Shown here: positions 22,447-32,349 of the stretch, one piece after another | Numbering within the stretch: the first letter of the stretch is position 1 | Layout of the letters: each line of letters opens with the position of its first letter | NCBI GenBank assembly: GCA_010356995.1 | Contig: ML996688.1 | Span: 1,364,001 to 1,396,349 of the forward strand | Reading direction: 5' to 3' | Length of the DNA stretch: 32,349 nt | From: Trichodelitschia bisporula | Taxonomy: Eukaryota | Program-made: the position numbers and the translations under genes | The notes under the pieces: model-generated | Told to the model about the DNA's origin: nothing | Database searches by the model: none | What the model saw: only the letters and a program-made list of their open reading frames with translations

Positions 22447-23505
22447 ATGGCGTTTGTGCTCCGTCGCCCTTTCGCAATCACAGCGACTCTGCGACAAGCC
22501 CCCAAAGCTTCGCAGCACACCGTCCGCTTTTTCCATCAATCGCCACTGAAGCAAACCTTCTTCACCTCGAAGTCGCAGCAGTCCCCAATCCTCTCTAAAT
22601 CGCGCAATGTCTTCCAGGCAACATTTCGCCGCAATTACACGCCCAACGTCCAGCCCATCGGCGCGGGTGCTGGGAATCTCAGACAGCGGCTCTTGTATGG
22701 CGCAGGCATATTCGGAGGCACGCTGGTTGCCATCAATCTCATCTTCAACCGTGAGACTCGCGAAGATGGCGGCATGCCGCCGTTTGAGCGCCAGTACCTG
22801 AACGACACGTTTATGCATACCGGCCTGGGCCTTGGGATCATTGCCGTCGCCGCCCGCTCACTGCACATGAGTGGGTGGAGCTACCGGCTGATGGCCGCGA
22901 ACCCTTGGGTAGTGATTGGAGTTGGCTTGGTCGGCAGCATTGGGACCATGTACGGCTGCATGCGTACCGATCCGTCCAAGTAAGTTCTCCGCCCCGGCTC
23001 GAAAGACCAAACTAACCTCTCCAGCTACGTCCAAAAATATGCCCTCTGGACCGCCTTCAACGTCACTCAGGCCTGTCTCCTGAGCCCCCTGATGTTCATG
23101 CAGCCCGCTCTGCTCGCTCGCGCGGGCCTTTACACGCTCGGTATGATGGGTAGCATCGCGTTCGTCGGTGCCACAGCCAAGCAGGAAAAGTACCTGTACC
23201 TCGGTGCACCGCTGCTGGCGGGCGTGGCTGTTGTCGCCATCTCCGGATTTGCGCCGCTTGTCCTCCCCGCCACTGCTGTCCGAACTCTTGCTTTCACCGA
23301 GAACCTCTGGTTGTATGGTGGCTTGGCTGTCTTCGGTGGCTTCACCCTGTACGATGTGCAAAAGGTGCTACACCATGCTCGGTTGGCTGAGCGGGGCCTG
23401 GTGCGCAAGGACCCGGTCAACGAGAGTATTTCGCTCGAGCTTGATTTCATCAATATCTTCATCCGGATGGTGCAGATCCTGGGCATGCAGCAGCGGAAGA
23501 AGTGA
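22447..23505 (+). CDS. Bax inhibitor-1 (TMBIM) family membrane protein, mitochondrial GHITM/MICS1-like type, ~337 aa; exons 22447-22979 and 23025-23505
   Basis: Arg/Ser/Thr-rich N-terminus lacking acidic residues (mitochondrial presequence-like), then NRETREDGGMPPFERQYLNDTFMHTGLGLG, several hydrophobic segments and the TMBIM C-terminal pattern LYGGLAVFGGFTLYDVQK...DPVNESISLELDFINIFIRMVQIL. The 45-nt intron 22980-23024 is GTAAGT..ACTAAC..CAG, phase 2. Confidence 0.92.
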
Positions 23506-25026
23506 TGTTGCCTTGATCGGCTAAGATTGAGTAGTGATTGAATAACGGAGCTGTAAACTAGAATGGGGCGTTCGGAGGATAAGGTCTAAACGTCCTTAAT
23601 GATGCTATACTTGTTTCTCTCCACTTTGGCAGCGTTGTACATAGCCCATGCTTACAAGGGGGATGGATCTGATGGGGTTCAGTGCATACTTCAATTACAT
23701 CATGCATTCATAGCCTAGAACTTGTAGTTGATGCTTGTCGCAAGTGACGTCTACTTGACTTCCGATATGAACAGGCACCATCGGATGGCTAGATGAACAT
23801 TGTGTTGGACTTGACAGTTGTCAGGCCTTCCCGTAAACTGCTTCGGGAAACCGCTCTTGGACATCATGTCCTTAGACTGCCCCCTCCAGAGCCTGTCCAG
23901 ATAAGACTCTCTCAAACGTAATCTTCTTCGGAGGCCAAGTGCGCCATCACACATCCAGCATCTGACTTACATCATACGCACCTTCGCCCTCAGGCCCATC
24001 TGCACCCCGAAAAGTCCCGACCGTGAGTTCTCCATGGCCCGCATGCGCTCTGATTCACCCCGTCACACAACACCCACTCGGGTAACGCAGCCCTATCAGC
24101 ACGGAATCGGAAGGGGCGCTATGCGCCCGTGCGATCGAGGCTATTTTGTGAGGTAGTAGGGTGGAACTCTGAGCATCTTGTTCGGTGTGGAGAGTTGCGA
24201 AGTGGGAGAGCGGTATGGAGGCAAGGCTGAAACTGTAGTTGGCTTTGGTCGGGCGTATTGCAGGTGGGTTGAGGTGGAGCGTGTCTGCTGCCGGAGAGAT
24301 TGGGTTGCGGAGCATAGGAGAAAGGAGGTCCTAGACATGCGGTCGCGGCGGCGGATATCATGCGGCAGGGCTAGGACTTGTCTTGCTCGTCAATGTCTTG
24401 TTGCTTCCAGATGGGGCTAGTGTCCGTAATGAATGGTAGTTCATGTCTCAAACTTGGAAGCAGCTCCGTCATGATCCGTCTGTTTGACGATCCGCAAGGC
24501 GTCGAGGAATCGGTGTGGCATACCGCTTGGAGGGCACAATGTGAATCTAGGGCTGACATGCTAAGTTGGTCGAGTCTACGTAGGGTACTCGAACATTGTC
24601 AGTCGGCTACAAGATTCTTAGTATGTTTTCCAACGATACAGAGGGAAGCACTGGACCGCCTTACGCTTAGCTAGTTGTATGATACAACGTCCCCGCGGCA
24701 CCAGTGCCATTACGGGGCAAAAACACGCGGCGATATGCTCAATGGTACAAATCAAGCGAGTAAGGGACGGACTTGTCAAGTTGTGCACTCTCTCCTAGCT
24801 CCTAGAATTCGTCCATCACTTCTCGGATCGTTTGTCGGTCCACGTTCGGTACCTGCATCCTACGCACGTTGCGTTGTAGGGCTGACCATGGTGAGCGGGC
24901 CCTTCGGTTACGACTCGGCCACGATGGAATGTCTGTACTGCAAGCGGTCCATCAGCTTCTCCCCCGGCTTCCACAGGGCAAAACATTCAATGTAGGTACG
25001 CTTTGGACTGACGTCACCATCGAAAA

Positions 25027-25118
25027 GCGTTGGTGGTTTAGTGGTAAAATCCGTCGTTGCCATCCGAAGTCATTCGGGATGATTCGACGGGCCCCGGGTT
25101 CGATTCCCGGCCGACGCA
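25027..25118 (+). tRNA. tRNA-Gly (anticodon GCC) with a 21-nt intron (25063-25083) at the canonical 37/38 position
   Basis: Acceptor stem GCGTTGG/CCGACGC plus A73. D-arm GTTT-AGTGGTA-AAAT. Anticodon stem CGTCG/CGACG with loop TT-GCC-A^T. T-arm CCGGG-TTCGATT-CCCGG. A and B boxes are intact. Confidence 0.96.
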
Positions 25119-25136
25119 ACATGAGGCTCAACATTC

Positions 25137-25141
25137 TTTTT
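25137..25141 (+). terminator. RNA polymerase III oligo-T terminator of the tRNA-Gly gene
   Basis: TTTTT starting 19 nt after the tRNA 3' end. Confidence 0.65.
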
Positions 25142-28100
25142 GCTTCTCGGGATGTTGAAGGCCGCATCGCTGCGTTCGGGCCGTTTTCTTTCAAGCGCCA
25201 GGCCGAAACTCTGCGTCCCTGGGAGGTGTGTGGTGCCCTCCTCCGAAGTAGATGCCAGCGGCCAGGCGTACTCGGAAACCGCAATGCGCAAGTTATAGGA
25301 ACTTTCGGTGGCTTTCATCTGATCCATCTGCTGGAGCAAAGGTAAGCCGAGTCCGATTGGCTGATATGATTCTAAAGTGGCGATGATGCACATTCCCGGC
25401 TGCTGGTAAGGGTTGCGAGCAGGCGCCCGCTCAGGGTAGATATCGTGCCCCATCTTTTGACATATGCTCAATATCGAAGTCTTTCTCAGTCGGACACGCT
25501 GAGCCATAGGAGACGAGTGAGAGATTCGGACTTGAGCCTTCACCTAGCTCAGCACTTCCTAAGATCATCTCATACCAATGGGGAAGGGCGACAGAGGTTC
25601 CAAGGCACTGAAGGTGTACTCTGTATACTACTGCTCCGACGTCAGTAAAAAATAGCGGTCAAGAAGGAATCATATTTATGACAAGGCTCGTTGACTTTAG
25701 GTTCCGAAGGGGTTGAACGGTCAGACCAAGACGGCAGCAAGGATACAATTCGAACGCAGGATCTGGGAGTGTTTTCAGACGGATGTCAACCCAAGTATCT
25801 CTTCTATGGCACCCAAACTCCCTACCAGTGACGAGGGCCTGCAAAAAAGAGCAGTAACACACCCAGGTCGAGCCTCATTAAACGCGTTGAGCCTCCCGAA
25901 ACGCGGTGATACCTACTCATAGCGTCCGCCGGCTGCGAGTTTGTGCCATGCGAGCGTAATTTGCGAAGTCGGCAAGTTCCGCATCAGAGAAAACGGAGAC
26001 AAGGCAAAAAGAGATGCGAAAGACGACATGCCTCCTGTCGGCAGGGCGCTGATCAAGTTCCACTCATTCCGGTCCCCGTCGTCGGGCAATGCCTGGTAAA
26101 TTAGGATGTCATGCAGAACTTGAGAGGTAAACACTATCGGGTTATGTCGACAATCGGTGAAGACGATGAGATGCTGTCCTCGTATCTTGACTCGTATCGA
26201 CGGCAATACGAAATGACAGCAAAATGGTGAATACGAACCGAACTTCAGCTCTCGGGGAGCGCGCCAAGGGCTGAAGTGCAGACGCGCACAGCTCAGCCGT
26301 TTGCGCTTCATCACCGACAGCTTCTGGTATGACAACATCCCATCTTTGCTTCCAGGGGATCTGGATCAACTTCAGGGAAGAACAAAGCTTCTTGTAATTA
26401 GCATGCCGCGGAAGGCTCGGTATTGCATCCAGAAAAGGCACCTCAGGAATCAACCCGAAGTGAAGGAGCAGGGCAAGAAAGCTTTGCTAAAGCGAGAGGG
26501 GCGTACACTTGCGTTGTCTACCGCACTTTCAATCGATCCTTCGCGTCAGTGAGAGCAAATGGCCGCTCCGCGGGAGTTGGGATATATCGGTAGACTTTTA
26601 CTTGCGAAAGGTGACAGCCCCTATCCCGGATCGAGCGACGCTGGGCAGCAATAAGGAAGGCATCATAAAAATGCCGGTCGCTCATCACGCCTAGAGATTA
26701 ATAATAGCTGTCCATTGGGGACATGAAAGCGGCGGTGCCCGGAGAAGGATGCAGCCCCATGCGCCGTTAATTCCAAGTGAGATGAAGCACCTTCGAAAGC
26801 ATCGAAGCTGTTCGTAGTGTTCGAAGGGCAACGATGGGGGCCAAAAAAAGGCGAGATATTTTGCACGTCAATGGGGCGGCTGCAAGATGTGATCGCGCCC
26901 TATTCCCCCCTGTTTGCCCCCATGCTACTACCGTACGTTACGGAGTGCTCAACGGCGACACATTTGACGAATGAGAACGCCCGTGGCGCAGCGGCGCAGG
27001 CAACGAAAGCACCAGCTGAAAGGACGAAAGAGCGAAACAACGTCTGCTCGCAGGAATTGGCTAATAGGCGTGACATGACGCAAACGCGGCCTTCATCCCA
27101 CGATGTGGGGGCTGAACTGGCTGAACGGTCTGCATGCATTCGGAAGGCAAGCGGTTTTCGACATGTAAGTTGCAGCCTTGAGTGATTCACAGTCCTCTCA
27201 GACTCAGCACATGGCAGCGCGCAATAGGAACGATGTCCTCCTGTGGCTTGGTCGCTCTTTGTTCATGCGGTGAACTCGTCGCCCAATATTCTCGCCAACT
27301 TAGCGGGAGAATGTGGGATATGGAGGACAAGCCGGAAGCGCCAGGTCGCTGTTCAAGAGGGTGGTGAACTCAGGGGACCGGGATGCGAAGGCGGGGGGCG
27401 GCTGCAGGTTTCTTCGGGATAGTCGTCTCAGGATGCAAGCAGAAAGGAAAAGAGTTGCGAGGGCATAAGAGAGAGAGGAAGAGACGGGTGAGTTTGGGCG
27501 GTTATATATGAATATATGAAGGACGGTGAGCACTAAGATATAGCTTGCTTCACTGATGCTCTCTGAATTTGCCAAGTACAACCGGGTGTGGGGAAGAGAT
27601 TAGCTGGCGGGGAGACGCGAAGTTTGAGAGTGAGAGAGTTGGAGGAGAAAGGGAGAGAGAGGAGAGAGGAGATAGTTAGTGGATCCCGTGACTGGCGCTT
27701 CGTGTTCCTGAACGAGTGTGAGCGCTTAGGCCCTTGGCAGGTACGGTACGGTACCTACCGGCGGGAGGAAGCACGGTTCGTCGTTACTTGATTAGGTCTA
27801 GAACTCTGGCAGGGGCATTCAACATGGATCTGACGAGGATAACTCGCGTTTATTTGCTGAAGGGACACAACCCCCACCGCGGAGAAATTAAGCTAGGGGC
27901 AAGTGGTAAGGATTTGACAGGGAATCGACAGGAGAGGGGTGAAGGCTCAACTCAGCCTCCCTCAGCCTAATGCCCTTCTGGAGGCAAAGCCACCCAGTCA
28001 CAATTCCCCCCTTCTCAAGCCTCCAAACAACTGACAATGTGTAGCACTCACTCACATTCATCCCACACTCGCCAACATCTCCCCTCTCGTCTCCTCATTC

Positions 28101-28215
28101 CGTTTCAGCCCAGTAAAAACCTAGCAATGCGAGTACTGGTAAACACCCCCTACGTTTTCATACCCAACATAAACCTTGGTCAAACAAACTCCCTCCCTGG
28201 CGCGAGCCAGCCGCA

Positions 28216-28235
28216 CACGCACGCACGCACGCACG
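28216..28235. repeat. Tetranucleotide microsatellite (CACG)5
   Basis: cacgcacgcacgcacgcacg, upstream of the GPI-protein gene. Confidence 0.8.
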
Positions 28236-28569
28236 CGCACACCCTCCCGCACAGAATCTTAACCGGTCAGGGCTGAAGCGAAGCGGGATACGGGCACGCC
28301 CTGAAGGAGTTACGACAATAGTACTTGTAAGCCCGTGTCGCCTCGTGAGGGCTTTTGATTGTAACTACTATTTCTCTCTTGCCCTGTCCCAACCTACATA
28401 GCCGCATCATCCATTTGTCTTTTCTTAGCTCTTTTGCCTTCGCAGCAAATTCCACTCATTTCAACAAGCCAGCTATATACAACTTTCGAATTCATTCATT
28501 TCGAGCAAGTTTTTTCTTCGCTTCAGTCTTCAGCATCCAAAAAGCCCATCGTCTTATCCCAAGTCCACA

Positions 28570-29388
28570 ATGTTTTCCCGTGTTCTCTACGTTCTCGCGG
28601 CCGGTGCTGCTCTCGCGAGCGCCTATACCACGCCGGTACGTGCCAATCTGACATCGAACATGCACCGCCCCTTCCCCTTGCCTGCCTCATCGCACTCGCA
28701 CAACATTGCGTAATCTCTTGCTCACATCTCACGACAGGTTGCCCAGTGCACCGACAGCTGCAACCCCATCGCCAAGCCGGGCCTGCAGGAAGCCGTGCCC
28801 GCCGGTACCACCTACACCATCACCTGGACGCCGACGACGCCTGGCACCGTGACCATTCTGCTGCTGCGCGGGCCGGCCGAGAACATCAAGCCGCTAGGCC
28901 CGCTGGTCGAGGGTTACGCCAACTCCGGCACCTTCTCCTGGGCCGTGAGCTCCAGCCTGGAGGCGGACGTCACGCACTACGGCCTGCAGATCATCAACGA
29001 TGCCGATGGTACCTACCAGTTCAGCACCCAGTTTGGTATCAGCAACTCCGGCTACTCGGGCAGCGCGTCCGCTAGCGCCTCGACCACCGACTCCGCCTAC
29101 CCCACGCTGAGCGTCACCAGCTACCCCATGCCGACCGGTAAGCCGACTGGCATGTCGAACTCCACCGCCTCTTACACCTACGGCGGCTCGTCCAACGCCA
29201 CGTACACGTCTACCGAGTCCTCCGCCGAGTCGACCACCTTCAGCTATGCCTCGCCTACCGGACCCACTGCTGCTGCGTCCTCCACCACCGCCTCCAAGCC
29301 TGCGCAGACTCCCAATGCTGCGGCTGGCCGCGTTGCCGGTGGCGTCGGTGCCGTGCTCGCCTTCGTTGCTGCCCTTGCGGTTTTCTAA
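28570..29388 (+). CDS. GPI-anchored Ser/Thr-rich cell-wall protein with a Kre9/Knh1-like N-terminal domain, ~238 aa; exons 28570-28635 and 28738-29388
   Basis: Signal peptide MFSRVLYVLAAGAALASA; domain NPIAKPGLQEAVPAGTTYTITWTPTTPGTVTILLLRGP..N..NSGTFSW..SLEADVTHYGLQII...YQFSTQFGISN; Ser/Thr stalk; omega-site-like PNAA followed by a hydrophobic tail. Intron 28636-28737 is GTACGT..GCTCAC..CAG, phase 0. Confidence 0.92.
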
Positions 29389-31118
29389 ACGCCCTTTCGT
29401 CAGGCTTGGAACAGGCGCTGGGCACGTTGTGATGACCGGTTTCTTGGGGAAGGGAGGGTTAATGTACTATAACCGGCTGGGGGAGGGGGTGGTTTGCGGG
29501 GGGGTGTGGGTGGGGTAACTAGTGTCTGAGACATTGGCATCCTTAGGAGTTTGCGATGACGGCCCGAGGCACGGTCTGTGGGGCGGGGATGGAGTGGTTT
29601 TCTGCAGCAAGGGGGCTTGGTGGATGAGGAATGGGAGCAGGAATGTAAGATGAGATTGAGCTTCCTTCGGCGCACCTTTGCGGTCGATTTCTTCTTGTAT
29701 TCTCGTCCTTTTTCCAACCTAGAAAAATTGCGCGTTAATGTTTTGAGGATACGGCATGGAAATGGGCTCGGGGAGACGGGTTTGGGCGCGGGCTTTCTAT
29801 GTACTCTGGAGATACCCCCAAACACTTTCTGCATGTAAATTTACCTATCCACCTATCCGACGAAAGGAATGACTGCGCAACTGGCTCTTGGAGTCCAGGA
29901 CGTGAACACTCGACGTCCCAAGAACCTCACACACTGGCTGACGCGTTAGCGACGCTAGTTCGTCGACCGTCGAGATACCGTTGCCATTAACGTTGCCATT
30001 AACAGCGGGACAAGCGCGGGACGGAGTCACGACGCTATGGCCCCTTCAACTATCCAGAGCTTGTTTTGCTAGTTGACGGCTTTGAATGGCTAAAAGTGGC
30101 ACACGCCGAGAGTGTTAACTGGCGTCCGGTGCGCTAGACTATGAATAGCGCGAGATGGTTGACTTGGCCGAGCCGCTGGTTGCGGTGTTGTGCGGGCCAA
30201 TGCTTGCGGGGCTGCACGGACTTCAAGACAATGAGGTTGCGAGAAGCTTCATTGATTGTCGATCTCCCATTTTTTTTTCCGGTCATTGTCTTCCCGCTGC
30301 ACTCCGCACCCGGCAGCGACCCATTTTGCGCATGGTGTCTTAAAGCTCAGGACGCATTCGGGGTTGTCGGTTGTCGGCAGTCGATCATTGCGCGTGTGTG
30401 TCTCGGTGCTTGCCGTGAGGGGATGGGAGATTTGGAGGATCGAAGATCATCGGAATTGAGCGACGAATGAGGGATCAACTGTTATTACCGTACTTGCATG
30501 CATCGTGACCGGCCCGCAGCTTATTCCCCTTGTTCCTTCCCCGCTATCTTGGATAAGCTAGAATGAAACTGGAAGGTGCAACGGTCGATAGGGGCTTGGC
30601 GTTTTGTTTGGTGATGTCTCGGGGTCTGGCTTCATAGACCTCACCCATAGACATTACCACACGACATCACGACTTCACTTCATTGCTCAACATCGCACTT
30701 CGCACTTGAACCCAAGACTCAGAGACAAAGTAATTGAGCAGACTATTAGATCATATGCCATGTGCAGCCATCCGTCTATCTTTACAAACTCAGCGCTCAC
30801 GCCTGGGACCGTGAAGTTTAAAGGAACCCCATTTCGGATTAACACCGCAAACACTACAACTCCACCAAGCGGTGGGTTTCCTTCATCTCGTCCCCTTGAA
30901 GCCGCATCCCTAACATCTCCAAAAAGGCGTAAAAGTGTATCAAGCAAGCGTCATGACAGCCATGGCGTTCGCCCATTGATCCAACCACCTCTACTCTAGT
31001 GAGGAAAGAATAAATAAAAAATAGCTAATAGTACAGGGCCCGTGTTCCCCGTGCCCCGAACACTAATTACCCGCCCGCCCAAGATCAAGAGAAGTGACAA
31101 GAAAATATTGGAATCGCT

Positions 31119-32349
31119 TTACATGAGAATCACACCCAATAATCCAGCCACAACGACCATCGAGAAACCCACGGTCTGCTTCGACGCAGCACCGGTGACC
31201 GCCTTCGCCGAATCCACCTTCACACTCCGCTTGTACGCCTTCGGAGGAGAAGCGCCCGACGGCTTGATCGTCTTGCCGCTGTCGGACCAGCCATCATCAT
31301 AGGCAGGCTTAGGGGACTCCTTCGCCGGCGTATCAAGCTTGGCCGACGTCTTGATCGTCTTGCCGCTGTCGGCATACCCGGCATCAGAGCTAGGCTTAGC
31401 GGACTCCTTAACCGTCTTCACACTCGCGGTGTACGGGCCGGGATAGCCAGGCTTGCTGGACTTCTTGGCGGGTGTCGAACTGACCCGGCTAGACGGCTTG
31501 ACGGGCTTGTAGCCATGCTTGTACACCTTGCTAGAAGTAGTGGCCTGCGTGGTGTAGACCCTGCCCTCGGGCTTGCCCTTGCGGCCCCAACCATGACGGG
31601 GCTTCCATGTCACGACGGGCTGGTATTCGGTGTCGGTCGTGGTGACGGTCTTGACATCGGTGACGGTGCGGCCCTTGTTCATCCAGACCTTGGTGACATG
31701 GTGCGGGCGCCTGTAGATCTTCTGGATCGTCGTCGTGATCTAACAGAATTAGTATCTGGGCATGTGAACGGCTTAGCAAAACTTACATAGACAACCTCCC
31801 TCGCAGGGTACGAAGGATCGGGTTGGTAGTATATCGTGGTGGTTGGCCTGATGTGCTTGCCCTTCTTGGAGCTGGACGGGATGACATAGACTGAGGAGGT
31901 GGGCTTGACGTGCTTGCCCTTCTTGGGCTTGGACGGGATGTCATAGGCGACGCTGGACTGCTTCGGCGGCATGGGGGGCGGGATGTCATAGACGAAGCTG
32001 GAGGTCGGCACGACCTTGATTGAGCTGGAGTACTGGGGTGCCGCGCTGGAGTACTTGGAGCTGGAAGCCACGGGTGCCGCGCTGGACGACTTGTAGCTGG
32101 AAGCCACGGGCGACGCGCTGGACGAGAAGGAGCTGGAAGCCACGGGTGACGCGCTGGACGAGATGGAGCTGGAAGCCACGGGTGACACGCTGGACGAGAA
32201 GGAGCTGGAAGCCAAGGGCGAAGCGCTGGATGAGAAGGAGCTGGAAGCCACGGACGACGCACTGGCCGACAGGGAGCTGGAAGCTACGGGTGACGCGCTG
32301 GCCGACAGGGAGCTGGAAGCCAAGGGCGACGCGCTGGACGAGAAGGAGC
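31119..32349 (-). CDS. Repeat-rich Ser/Lys/Pro-rich probable GPI-anchored cell-surface protein, 3' part (~393 aa visible); exons >32349-31787 and 31739-31119
   Basis: The frame is open from the window edge. The 47-nt intron 31786-31740 (GTAAGT..TACTAAT..TAG, phase 0) joins ...PAREVVY|ITTTIQKIYRRPHHVTKVWMNKGR... The C-terminus VTGAASKQTVGFSMVVVAGLLGVILM fits a GPI signal. The N-terminus and any signal peptide lie outside the window. Confidence 0.85.
32035..32349 (-). repeat. Coding 36-bp tandem repeat (12 aa, consensus SPVASSSxSxSA), at least 8 copies, running off the window
   Basis: CTGGAAGC recurs at 32061, 32097, 32133, 32169, 32205, 32241, 32277 and 32313, an exact 36-bp period. Confidence 0.95.

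Noticed and set aside
24009..24420. GAAAAGTCCC ... ATGGGGCT, reminiscent of the RNase MRP P4 helix halves
   Set aside because: The pairing is incomplete and the other conserved elements are not visible; an Infernal search against the Rfam RNase_MRP model would settle it.
25009..25016. TGACGTCA (ATF/CREB palindrome) just upstream of the tRNA
   Set aside because: A single 8-mer is expected about 0.5 times by chance in this window, and nothing else supports a function.
29979..30003. 12-bp direct duplication CGTTGCCATTAA x2
   Set aside because: A simple local duplication; no terminal repeats or element remain to support a transposon footprint.
32035..32349. 36-bp periodic array resembling a CRISPR repeat in length
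   Set aside because: The units are contiguous with no unique spacers, keep the reading frame, and lie within a eukaryotic CDS.
1..32349. Transposons, RIP-degraded repeats, rRNA or snRNA genes, secondary-metabolite cluster
   Set aside because: By eye I saw no transposase or reverse-transcriptase motifs, LTRs, AT-rich RIP blocks, snRNA or 5S signatures, or biosynthetic core genes.

Overview
Eukaryotic DNA from a filamentous ascomycete (Pezizomycotina-type GT..CTRAC..YAG introns, mostly 45-55 nt). No bacterial, CRISPR or transposon features were seen. In order, the window carries: the 3' end of a NUDT19-like Nudix hydrolase (+); RPS21 (+, 1 intron); RTC1/SEA2/WDR24 (-, 2 introns, ~1294 aa); an HMT1-type ABC half-transporter (+, 2 introns, ~961 aa); a two-exon gene of unknown function (-, ~302 aa); a mitochondrial Bax-inhibitor-family protein (+, 1 intron); an intron-containing tRNA-Gly(GCC); a Kre9/Knh1-N-domain GPI-anchored protein (+); and the 3' part of a repeat-rich GPI-type surface protein (-). 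I found no convincing new multi-gene system. The most interesting unexplained signals are well-formed minus-strand introns outside any assignable CDS (2043-2113, 16151-16206, 18855-19175), an over-represented intergenic TACCGTAC/GTACGGTA motif, candidate uORFs in front of HMT1, the orphan gene, and the three-level repeat structure of the last surface protein. All gene models were spliced by hand, and family names come from recognised motifs, not database searches.
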